A DNA stretch of 64,000 nucleotides from Rhodospirillales bacterium. GTDB taxonomy: Bacteria; Pseudomonadota; Alphaproteobacteria; Rhodospirillales; JANQFP01. The position numbers and the translations under genes were made by a program. Where the stretch lies: NCBI GenBank assembly GCA_028277795.1, contig JANQFP010000216.1, positions 6,392 to 70,391 of the forward strand, given 5' to 3'. Position 1 is the stretch's first letter. The number at the start of each line of letters is the position of its first letter. Of the stretch, positions 27,897 through 35,936 are shown piece after piece. Below the pieces are notes generated by a model. It had not been told where the DNA came from. It was given only the letters and a program-made list of their open reading frames with translations, and searched no databases.

Positions 27897-29618
27897 TCAA
27901 TCGATCTCGACGGTGATGGCGCCGGTCCACGGCAATCGCCGGTGGACGGTGATGACCAAGGCGGTTGCGGGATGGCCCACCCCGTAGGCGGTCCAGCGCT
28001 CGGCGTGGCGTTCGGTCAGCTCGAAGTCATGGGCGCCGATGCGGATGCGGTAGCTGGCGCGATCCCCGGCCAGAACGGCCGTGCCGTGGTCCCAGCGGAC
28101 CGGGAGGTCCGTATACAGCACCCGGACCGCGGTATGTTGACCGCTGCCCTCCACCGTGTCGATGACGGACAACGCCTTGTCGGAGAAGCGCCAGCGCCGC
28201 GTCACGGCGCCGACGCCGGATAACCTTGCGAAACCGTGATGGCGGAGAACCACGTCGTCGCCGTCGCGGTCCAGCTCCGGCGGCGGGCCGCCGACCCGGA
28301 GGCGGAACGCATCGTCGTAGTAGGGCTTGTTGGTGGGATACGGATCGGCGCCGTCGATGATGATGGTGTTGTGGGCGCGACCCGAGCGGTAGAACGCGGC
28401 CTTGCCCCATTCCCCGTAGGCGCCGCGCCCGGGATCGACCAGCACCGGCTCGCCCTGGTAGTGGGCCTCGAAGCCACCCATGTCCTGGTGGCCGTGTCCG
28501 GGCATGGGCGGCCAGCCGCCGGGCGCCGCGTGCCACAACCCGGCCCAAGGCCCGACATCGGCGCGCAGCCAGCCGTCGGCCGCCAGGTCGGCGGCGGCGA
28601 CGGGTGTCACGGCGTCGCGCAGCCGGACGAACTCCGCGCGGGCCTCGGGGTCGAGCGATCCGACCCACCCCCCGGCGCCGACTGCCATCCCCATTACATA
28701 CCCGGGTGGGGCATCCGGTGAGATGTCGCCGATCAGCGGCAAACCGCCGGGCAGGAGCAGGCGGGGGACGACAGCCAGGGCCCGGGCCGTGATGTCGCGC
28801 AAGCGTTCCTCCTCGGTGCGGCCGTGGGCGCTGGCGGCCAGCCAGCACTCGGCGAACCAGTGGGTGACCAGAAGGTGGTAGTGGCTGGATCCCTCGCGCA
28901 TGACCCCGGAGGGCAGGAACAAGCGCTCGGCCTCGCCCAGCAGGACCCGCAAGCCGATATCGGCGTAGGCCTCCTCGCCCAGGGCCAGTCCCAGCAGGTA
29001 GAGGCCGCGCCCGTTGTTGCACAGGTGGTTGGCGGTGTGATGGTCGCCGCGGTATTCGAGGCGGTTGGCGATGGCCGGGCCGTGCGCCGCCAGCACCGCC
29101 AGCGTGTCGTCAACGGGGGCCGGCAGGCCGTGGCGGCGACCGTAGGTGACGATGTTGACGGCGCGTTCGGCCGCCGTATAGGGGTGCCACGGCCAATCGT
29201 CCGAAGGCGTGCCGTAGGCGCCGCGCCAGGCCGACCACAGGGCCTGGACCCAGGCCGGGTCGGCCTCCTCCCCGGCCAACGGCAGCCAGGCGAATCGGTG
29301 CATGGCCAGACGGGTCTCGGGATCGGCGTAGAGCGGGCGAAACGCCACCGCCAATCCCCGTGGCTCCAGGCGCACGGCCTGGCCCGGCAACGCCAGCTCC
29401 AGCGGCTTCGCCGGTTGCCCGCCGACCAGTTCGGCGAACGGTACGCCGGGACGGGGCTCACCCGCGGCCAGGGGGAGGTGCCCGTCCAGATAGGGCGGCT
29501 TGTGGGGCGTGAAGGCGGGCTCGCCCGGACGTCGGCCGAGCACCCGTCCCACGGCCCAGCGCCGGAGCACCGGGTCGGTGGACAATTGCCGGGCCTTGTG
29601 AATCAGGTTGGCGAGCAT
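27897..29618 (-). CDS. Heparinase II/III-like family protein
   Basis: 'PGHGHQDMGGFEAHYQGEPVLVDPGRGAYG' matches the heparinase II/III C-terminal signature, with an alpha-toroid-like N-terminal half. The stop abuts the next start (TGAATG). Confidence 0.8.
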   Translation of the reverse strand: MLANLIHKARQLSTDPVLRRWAVGRVLGRRPGEPAFTPHKPPYLDGHLPLAAGEPRPGVPFAELVGGQPAKPLELALPGQAVRLEPRGLAVAFRPLYADPETRLAMHRFAWLPLAGEEADPAWVQALWSAWRGAYGTPSDDWPWHPYTAAERAVNIVTYGRRHGLPAPVDDTLAVLAAHGPAIANRLEYRGDHHTANHLCNNGRGLYLLGLALGEEAYADIGLRVLLGEAERLFLPSGVMREGSSHYHLLVTHWFAECWLAASAHGRTEEERLRDITARALAVVPRLLLPGGLPLIGDISPDAPPGYVMGMAVGAGGWVGSLDPEARAEFVRLRDAVTPVAAADLAADGWLRADVGPWAGLWHAAPGGWPPMPGHGHQDMGGFEAHYQGEPVLVDPGRGAYGEWGKAAFYRSGRAHNTIIIDGADPYPTNKPYYDDAFRLRVGGPPPELDRDGDDVVLRHHGFARLSGVGAVTRRWRFSDKALSVIDTVEGSGQHTAVRVLYTDLPVRWDHGTAVLAGDRASYRIRIGAHDFELTERHAERWTAYGVGHPATALVITVHRRLPWTGAITVEID

Positions 29619-29650
29619 GGTGGGTTATGGTCCGTGCTAGGGTGCACTCC

Positions 29651-30550
29651 ATGTCCGAGCCGACGGTCAAGCACGACATCCGAGTCTTCTGGCAGGCCCT
29701 TTACGATTCCCTTTACGAGGACGTGGACGGGACGCTGACGCGCGACGCGCTGCTGCAAGGCATCGACGACCTGGAGGACATGTTCCGCTACCGCGGCCAC
29801 ATGGCAGCGACCGAGATGCCGTTGGCCGACCTGTCGGGCAAGCGGGTGCTCGAAATCGGCTGCGGTGCCGGCAGCCACTCGGCCCTGTTCGCACGCCACG
29901 GGGCGCGCATGACCAGCCTCGACATCACGTATGCCCGCGCCGCCGCCACCGGGGCCAAATTCCGCCTCATGGGGGCGGCGGGCTGCCTGGCTCTCCAGGG
30001 AGACGCCGAATCGCTGCCCTTCGCCGACGGCAGCTTCGACATCGTCTATTCCAACGGAGTGCTGCACCACACCCCGGATACCGCTCGCGCCATCGACGAG
30101 GCATGGCGCGTGACCCGCCCCGGCGGGCGTGCCGTCATCATGCTCTATTGCAAGAGCTCGTGGCATTACTGGGTCAACATGCTGTTGTTCGAAGGCATCC
30201 TGCGGGGCCGCGCCTTCCGGGACACTGACTGGCTGGGCAAGGCCACGGAATGGGGTGGCAAAAACCGCCAGACGGCCGACAATCCCATCACCCGCTGTTA
30301 CACGGCCGGCGAAATCCGCCGCCTGTTCCGGCGCTTCGAGGACGTCAGCCTGCGCAAGGGCGAGTTCTACTTCTATCTGATTCCCAAGCTCGGCCGGCTC
30401 TACCGCCGCTACCAGGTGCGCCGCTACGGTATCCATCCGGGCGGCGTGCTCGCCTACGGCGAGCCCTGGCCCATCCAATCGCCACTGGAGCTGCGCCTGG
30501 GGCGCATCATGGGCTTCGCCTGGTTCATCGGCGCCCGCAAGCCCGACTGA
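29651..30550 (+). CDS. Class I SAM-dependent methyltransferase (Methyltransf_11-like), antisense to the flanking gene train
   Basis: 'VLEIGCGAGSHS' and 'DIVYSNGVLHHTPD...RPGGRAVIML'. ATG 29651 has AGGG upstream. Alternative ATG at 29627 lies only 8 nt from the divergent start at 29618. Confidence 0.85.
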   Translation: MSEPTVKHDIRVFWQALYDSLYEDVDGTLTRDALLQGIDDLEDMFRYRGHMAATEMPLADLSGKRVLEIGCGAGSHSALFARHGARMTSLDITYARAAATGAKFRLMGAAGCLALQGDAESLPFADGSFDIVYSNGVLHHTPDTARAIDEAWRVTRPGGRAVIMLYCKSSWHYWVNMLLFEGILRGRAFRDTDWLGKATEWGGKNRQTADNPITRCYTAGEIRRLFRRFEDVSLRKGEFYFYLIPKLGRLYRRYQVRRYGIHPGGVLAYGEPWPIQSPLELRLGRIMGFAWFIGARKPD

Positions 30551-30555
30551 CGCGC

Positions 30556-31509
30556 CTACCACAAACCCTCCGGGTGAACGCCGGGTTCGGGAACGCGGGC
30601 GTCCTCGAGCCCGTTGATGGCGGCGCGGCCCATGGCCAGGATGGCTTCCTCGGCGCTGCCCCCGATATGGGGCGTGGCGATGAAGTTGGTCAGGGCCAGC
30701 AGGTCCGGGTCTTCGGGGGGCTCGGTGGCGAAGACGTCGAAGGCGGCGCCGGCCAGGCGCCCGCCGGACAGCATGTCCTTGAGCGCCGCTTCGTCGACGA
30801 TGCCGCCGCGGGCCGTATTGATGAGGATGGTGTCGGCGCTCATCAGCGCCAGGCGCCGGGCGTCGAGCAGGCCGCGTGTGCTGTCGTCGAGGGGCAGATG
30901 GACGGTGACCACGTCGGCGGCGGCGAGCAGGTCGTCGAGTCCCGTCGGCTCGATGCCGTGGGCGCGGAAGAACTCCGGAAAATCGCGGATATCGTGGGCC
31001 AGGACCCGGCAGCCGAAGGCCCGCAGCAGCACGGCCAAGTCCTTGCCCACGTGACCGCAGCCGACGATGCCGACCGTGCGGTCGGAAAGCTGGCGACCGA
31101 GACTCTGCCGCCAGGTTCCCTCCTTGACCTCGCCTGTGGCCTGCGGGAGATGGCGCAGGAGGGAGACCGCCAGTGCGATCACCAGTTCCGCCACCGAACG
31201 CCGGTTGGTGCCCCCGCTCCAGCCCAGGCGCAGGCCGCGCCGCCGCATGGCGGCCAGATCGATCGAATCGACGCCGACCCCGTACTTGGACACCACGCGG
31301 AGCTGCGGGGCGGCGGCGAAGACGGGCTCGTCCAAGGTCTCCAGGGCGGTGATCACGCGGTCGTGGCCCTGCAGATAAGCGGTCAACGTCTGGCGGTCGA
31401 AGGTGGCCCCTGCATCATTGAAGGTCACGTCGTCGTACCGGTCCAGCAGCTCCGCCCGCAGGACCGGATGGCGAGAGAACGACCGGGAGGTCACGGCGAC
31501 ACGGGTCAT
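30556..31509 (-). CDS. D-isomer-specific 2-hydroxyacid dehydrogenase (phosphoglycerate dehydrogenase-like)
   Basis: 'VGIVGCGHVGKDLA' NAD site, 'LINTARGGIVDE' and 'ATPHIGGS'. ATGA overlap with the upstream HAD gene. Confidence 0.9.
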   Translation of the reverse strand: MTRVAVTSRSFSRHPVLRAELLDRYDDVTFNDAGATFDRQTLTAYLQGHDRVITALETLDEPVFAAAPQLRVVSKYGVGVDSIDLAAMRRRGLRLGWSGGTNRRSVAELVIALAVSLLRHLPQATGEVKEGTWRQSLGRQLSDRTVGIVGCGHVGKDLAVLLRAFGCRVLAHDIRDFPEFFRAHGIEPTGLDDLLAAADVVTVHLPLDDSTRGLLDARRLALMSADTILINTARGGIVDEAALKDMLSGGRLAGAAFDVFATEPPEDPDLLALTNFIATPHIGGSAEEAILAMGRAAINGLEDARVPEPGVHPEGLW

Positions 31510-32186
31510 GACGCGGCCCGGTCGCGGAGGAGGTCCGCGACGACGCCCGGCAGGTCGCGGGCGTCGTCGATCACCGCGTCGGCGCCCAGCGCGGCGGGAT
31601 CGGATTTGGCGTAGCCCCAGGTGACGGCCACGGACACCACGCCGGCGTCCCGTGCCGCCGCGATGTCGGGCTCGCTGTCGCCAATCATGGCCGCCGCCAC
31701 CGGCGGCGCGCCGAGCTTGTCCAGGACCGCCAGGACGTGGCGGCCGTCAGGCTTGGGGTGCGGCACCGACTCACCGCACAGCACGGTGGCGAAGAAGGGC
31801 GCCAGGCCCAGGGCCTCGAGGGCTGCCGATGTCGTCGCCTGAGGCTTGTTGGTGCACACGCCCATGGCGATGCCCGCCGTCTTGAAGTGTTCCAAGGCCG
31901 CCACCACGCCCGGGTAGATCACGGTGTGTCCCGTCGGGTCGGCTAGGTAGTGGGCCATGTAGCGGTTGGTGACGGCATCCACCGTGTCCGGACCGCCGGA
32001 ATCGCCCGTGGCTGCCAGAGCGCGCTCGATGGTCAGGCGGGCGCCGTCGCCGATCATGGCCCGCACCTCGTCCAGGGTGAGGCACCGCCGCCCGTCCTCT
32101 TCCAGCACCCGATTGAGGGCGGCATGTACGTCGGGAATGCTGTCGATCAACGTCCCGTCCAGATCGAACACCACGGCCGCGATCAT
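31506..32186 (-). CDS. HAD-IA hydrolase (phosphoglycolate-phosphatase-like sugar/acid phosphatase)
   Basis: 'VVFDLDGTLIDS' motif I, 'VCTNK' motif II and 'MIGDSEPDIAAARDAG' motif III/IV. ATG 32186 (MIAAVVF...) overlaps the upstream stop. The track extension is rejected. Confidence 0.85.
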   Translation of the reverse strand: MIAAVVFDLDGTLIDSIPDVHAALNRVLEEDGRRCLTLDEVRAMIGDGARLTIERALAATGDSGGPDTVDAVTNRYMAHYLADPTGHTVIYPGVVAALEHFKTAGIAMGVCTNKPQATTSAALEALGLAPFFATVLCGESVPHPKPDGRHVLAVLDKLGAPPVAAAMIGDSEPDIAAARDAGVVSVAVTWGYAKSDPAALGADAVIDDARDLPGVVADLLRDRAAS

Positions 32187-33121
32187 CCGACGGCCGGATC
32201 CTTGTCCAGGACGGCCAGGCGGTGGCGAATGGGGTTGGTGCGCCGGTGCCAGAAGGGCGGGCGGCGGGAATAGATCACCATGCTCCACGGGCAGATCTCG
32301 TCCGCCAGCACCCGGTCGGCGGCCCGCCAGGGATAGTCCTCGAAGCGGGTGACCGTCCCGTCCTCGAGGCGCTTTTCCACTTTGTTGCAGCAGTAAAAGG
32401 CGGTCTCCGGCGCCGGATTGGCGCGCAGGGCATCGAAATACCCGGCGATGGTTTCGGGCGCCATTTCCTGCATGGAGACGATATTGACGGCCAGTGCCAC
32501 GGGGGCGTTCTTGACGATGGCTGCATCGTCCGCGCGGACGGCAATGACGCCTCCCGGCCGCGAGAGGGCCTCCTTCATGTCGGCCGCGTCCTCCACCAGG
32601 GCCACTTGCAAATCGGGCACCGCGCGGCGGAGGGATACCAAGTCGAGCAACAGCGGTTTCGTGAGGTTGACGGTGATCACCGGCCGGTGCGGTGCCGCGA
32701 GGGCGAGCAGCGCCGCCATGACGCCGTATCCGTCACCGATGACGAGGTTGCACCCCGGCCCTTCCAGGGACACGTGGGCGCGGATCAACGCCAGGCTCAA
32801 CGCCTGGCGCAGGATGTCGTAGGTGAACTGGCGCCCCTGTCGGCCGGCGATGACACGGCCCAGGCGCTCGCAGTCCCGGTAGGCCGGAAAGTCGGCCGCC
32901 ATGCGGCGATACGGGGCCTGCAGCAGCCAGTGGGCCGCCGTGTGGAGCGGCCCGGTCTTACGCGACACCATGCCGAGAACGCTGCTGCCGGTGGTCGTGC
33001 CGTCGGCGGCGACGTCGAAGGTGGTGACCCCGTGCTCCCAATAGGCCGAACGCCCCGCCTCCGGTCGGTGCACGGAGGCTTCAAGGGCCTCCAGCGCGGC
33101 GCGGTCCACGAGGACGCTCAA
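32183..33121 (-). CDS. Hypothetical protein, possible Rossmann-fold (sugar O-)methyltransferase
   Basis: Open frame with good coding look. 'NLVIGDGYGVMAALLA' resembles SAM motif I. The first ATG is far downstream, so I propose the TTG at 33121, which overlaps the upstream TGA (TTGA). Alternative GTG at 33109. Confidence 0.5.
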   Translation of the reverse strand: MSVLVDRAALEALEASVHRPEAGRSAYWEHGVTTFDVAADGTTTGSSVLGMVSRKTGPLHTAAHWLLQAPYRRMAADFPAYRDCERLGRVIAGRQGRQFTYDILRQALSLALIRAHVSLEGPGCNLVIGDGYGVMAALLALAAPHRPVITVNLTKPLLLDLVSLRRAVPDLQVALVEDAADMKEALSRPGGVIAVRADDAAIVKNAPVALAVNIVSMQEMAPETIAGYFDALRANPAPETAFYCCNKVEKRLEDGTVTRFEDYPWRAADRVLADEICPWSMVIYSRRPPFWHRRTNPIRHRLAVLDKDPAVG

Positions 33122-33882
33122 TACCGCCCCCACAAGGGGTCGTCCGGCATCACGGCCTCGACCCGGGCCACGTCGGCGGGGCTGTCCACCGAAACATACG
33201 GGCGCAGCGGCGCCAGGGCGATGCGCTGGCGGAAACCGTTGTCGCAGACCCGATTGGAATCGCAGGCTTCCTTGACCTCCAAAGGCGATTCCGGGGTCTC
33301 CGTGAACCATCGCAGGAAGCGCCAACGGAAGCCGAAGATGCCGCCGACCCGGAGCGCCCCCAGGTCGGGCGTGAACGCCTTGCAATAGGGGATGGGACTG
33401 CGGGAGGTGTAGAGCACGTTGCCCGCCAGATCGTGCACCACCTTGACAATGTCGGGATTGCGGAAGGTGTCCTCGTCGACGATGGGCACCGCCAGCAGGG
33501 TGCCGTTTACCGCGTCCCCCTCGGCGAACGGGGCCAGAACCGCGGCGATCATGTCCGGGCCCAGAAGGGGCTCATCGGCCTGCACGCAGACCACGATGTC
33601 GTCGTCGGCCAGACCAATGCCGCATGTGGCCGCCGCCTCGGCCACCCGGTCCAGGGCCCGGGTGTGGGTGTCGGCGGTCATCACCACGGGGAAGCCTTGG
33701 GCCGCGCCGAAGTCCCGGATCTCGTCGTCGCAGGTGGCCAGGAACAGGCCATCCCAGCCGTCGTAAAGGGCCGCGCGCCGGTAACAGTGCTCGACCATGG
33801 GCCGGCCACAGATGGGATGCAGGGGCTTGCCCGGAAACCGACTGGCGGCCATGCGGGCGGGGACAATGCCGACGGTGGTCAC
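33118..33882 (-). CDS. Cytidylyltransferase, KdsB/NeuA (CMP-sugar synthase) family
   Basis: 'VGIVPARMAASRFPGKPL' N-terminal P-loop-like motif and 'VQADEPLL'. GTG 33882 overlaps the upstream stop (GTGA). Alternative ATG at 33912 would give a 34-nt overlap. Confidence 0.85.
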   Translation of the reverse strand: MTTVGIVPARMAASRFPGKPLHPICGRPMVEHCYRRAALYDGWDGLFLATCDDEIRDFGAAQGFPVVMTADTHTRALDRVAEAAATCGIGLADDDIVVCVQADEPLLGPDMIAAVLAPFAEGDAVNGTLLAVPIVDEDTFRNPDIVKVVHDLAGNVLYTSRSPIPYCKAFTPDLGALRVGGIFGFRWRFLRWFTETPESPLEVKEACDSNRVCDNGFRQRIALAPLRPYVSVDSPADVARVEAVMPDDPLWGRY

Positions 33883-34931
33883 GGACGACCGATCCCCTGC
33901 TCCGTCAGCCATCCGGCCGCCGCCGCGGCCGCGACCGCGTGTCCCTTCGGCGACCAGTGGCCGTCGTGGGCGAAATGGGTTGCTCCGAACCCGGCCCGGC
34001 GAAAGGCTTCGTAAGGATCGATGACGGCAATGCCGCGATCGGCCAAGGCTGCGGCCATGGACAGGCGCAGCTTGCGGAAGAAGGCGTCGTCGGAGGCGAT
34101 CTCGAAGCGCGCGGGCGCCTGCAGCACGGCAAAAGACGTGCCGCGCGGGAGCATGTCGCGAAGAGCGGCGATTTCATCCGCCGTGCGTGCGACCGCCGCC
34201 GTCACCGCTCCCTCGTCCAATTTGCGGACGTAACCATGGCTTTCGCGGATGACGCCCAGGGCGGTCAGGGCATCACGCACCGGCTCCACCCGTTTCAGAA
34301 CGACCGCGAGGAAGTTATAGAGCGCCGAATGCCGCGTCAGTAGCCCTTTGAGGGTACCCGAACCGATCGATTCGGCCTCCTCTTTGCCGGCGGTCTTTCG
34401 TGCCGCGGCGCGGCAGTCGTAGACGCCGATGTCGTTCTCCAGGATAAGCCCGACGATCATCGCCGCCGGCTCGACCCCATCCGGCATCCGGGCCACCAAC
34501 GCCTGGTACCCGCAGACGTTGGTGCCGGGGCTGGCGATGTTGTAGGCGGGCACACCGACCGTCTTGCCGATCACCGACGAATACATCTCGTCCTGTTCCA
34601 CGCCCCAGCCGAAGGCCATGGAGTCGCCGACGATCCAGATGCGGCCGTCGGCCGCGTCCACGGGCTCGGGATTGCGCAGGCCGAACGCATTGATGGCGAC
34701 CCTGACGCGGAAGTCCCCATTGTTCTGCGCGAAATGACCATCGAACCCGGGCCGGCCCGTGGCCACCGTCCCGAACTCGGGGACCACGATCTCGCGCATG
34801 AACCGGCCGCTGTAGAAATCCTGCCAATGGGGCATGGCGACACGCAGCACGCCCTCGGCCACGGCGAGCGCCAGCACTAGGCCGATCCCCAAGGCGACGA
34901 GCCGGCCCGTCCAGGTCGTGCGTTCAGACAA
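33879..34931 (-). CDS. SGNH/GDSL hydrolase-fold protein with N-terminal signal anchor (AlgJ/AlgX-like O-acyl transfer/esterase candidate)
   Basis: N-terminal TM 'LVALGIGLVLALAVAEGVL', block I 'IWIVGDSMAFGWG' and block V 'HDGHWSPKGH'. TTG start (checked on the DNA) with an 8-nt overlap. Confidence 0.7.
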   Translation of the reverse strand: MSERTTWTGRLVALGIGLVLALAVAEGVLRVAMPHWQDFYSGRFMREIVVPEFGTVATGRPGFDGHFAQNNGDFRVRVAINAFGLRNPEPVDAADGRIWIVGDSMAFGWGVEQDEMYSSVIGKTVGVPAYNIASPGTNVCGYQALVARMPDGVEPAAMIVGLILENDIGVYDCRAAARKTAGKEEAESIGSGTLKGLLTRHSALYNFLAVVLKRVEPVRDALTALGVIRESHGYVRKLDEGAVTAAVARTADEIAALRDMLPRGTSFAVLQAPARFEIASDDAFFRKLRLSMAAALADRGIAVIDPYEAFRRAGFGATHFAHDGHWSPKGHAVAAAAAAGWLTEQGIGRP

Positions 34932-35925
34932 CGGGTCCCTCGCGGCGGCGGCCGACGACGTCGAACAAGGCGCCTTCGCGGGCGATGGAGGCCAGCCAGG
35001 AGAGCTGTGTCACGACCCGCTGATAAGGCGTCCCCGGGCGCGTCCGGTCGAACAAGGATGCGGCGTCCTCGCCGTCGCTGCCCAAAATCGGCGGCGAGCA
35101 GTTCAGGTACTCGACGCCGTTCTGGTCGAACCAATGCAGGACGTGATCGATGGAATGCCAAGTTTCGTGGGGATTGTAGTACTGGTCCTTGACCCAGATC
35201 TCCGCCTTCCGGGCATCGCGGATCCGGTTGCGGACCACGTAGTCGATCCGGGGCCCCAAAATGCCGATGGCCTTGGAACGCAGCCAAGTGGGCACCCGCG
35301 CATACCGGTTGTAGAGGCCGACCATGACGATGCCGCCCGGCTTGACCTTGCGCACGATGTGGCCGAAGGCGCGCCGGGCGTCGAAGGTGTGGTGCAGTAC
35401 GCCATGGGCGATGACCACGTCGAAGGCCCCGTCCTTCACCGCCAGGTCGAAGATGTTCATCTGGGCGAAGGCGCTCCGTTCCAGCCCGTTGCGCAGCTTG
35501 TGCTCCACGGCCAGCCGGAGGCTGGACAGGGACAGGTCGATGCCGAGCACGTGGTTGTTGTTGAGTTGCAGGAAATGGGTGAGCTGCCCGGTGCCGCAAC
35601 CGCACTCCAGAACCAGCTTGTTGTAGCCGATGCCCTCGAGCAGCCGCGCCGCGAACGGGTTGTGGCTGCCCTTGTTCACCAGTTCCCCGAACTCCTCGAG
35701 GCCTTCGTAGCTGGGGAACGGGTGCTCCTCGTAGAAGGACTTGACCCGGGCGGTCACGTCTTTGCCCTCGCCGGGGCTCGGCATGTACAGCGAGGGGATG
35801 CCGTCGATGTTGGGGAACGTCTCGCCGGTGGACGGGCACCGCAGCCCGTCGTCGGACAGGTCGAGGCCGTCGCCGTCGCTGCCGCCCGGGCGCTTCAGGG
35901 TGCCCAGAAGCCGGGCGGAGAACAT
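34924..35925 (-). CDS. Class I SAM-dependent methyltransferase with N-terminal Trm112-like mini-domain
   Basis: 'LRCPSTGETF...IPSL', then 'VLECGCGTGQLT' and 'DVVIAHGVLHHT...VKPGGIVMV'. ATG 35925 (MFSARLLG...). The 775-aa track ORF is an over-extension. Confidence 0.85.
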   Translation of the reverse strand: MFSARLLGTLKRPGGSDGDGLDLSDDGLRCPSTGETFPNIDGIPSLYMPSPGEGKDVTARVKSFYEEHPFPSYEGLEEFGELVNKGSHNPFAARLLEGIGYNKLVLECGCGTGQLTHFLQLNNNHVLGIDLSLSSLRLAVEHKLRNGLERSAFAQMNIFDLAVKDGAFDVVIAHGVLHHTFDARRAFGHIVRKVKPGGIVMVGLYNRYARVPTWLRSKAIGILGPRIDYVVRNRIRDARKAEIWVKDQYYNPHETWHSIDHVLHWFDQNGVEYLNCSPPILGSDGEDAASLFDRTRPGTPYQRVVTQLSWLASIAREGALFDVVGRRREGPVV

Positions 35926-35936
35926 GGGCGCCGCCA

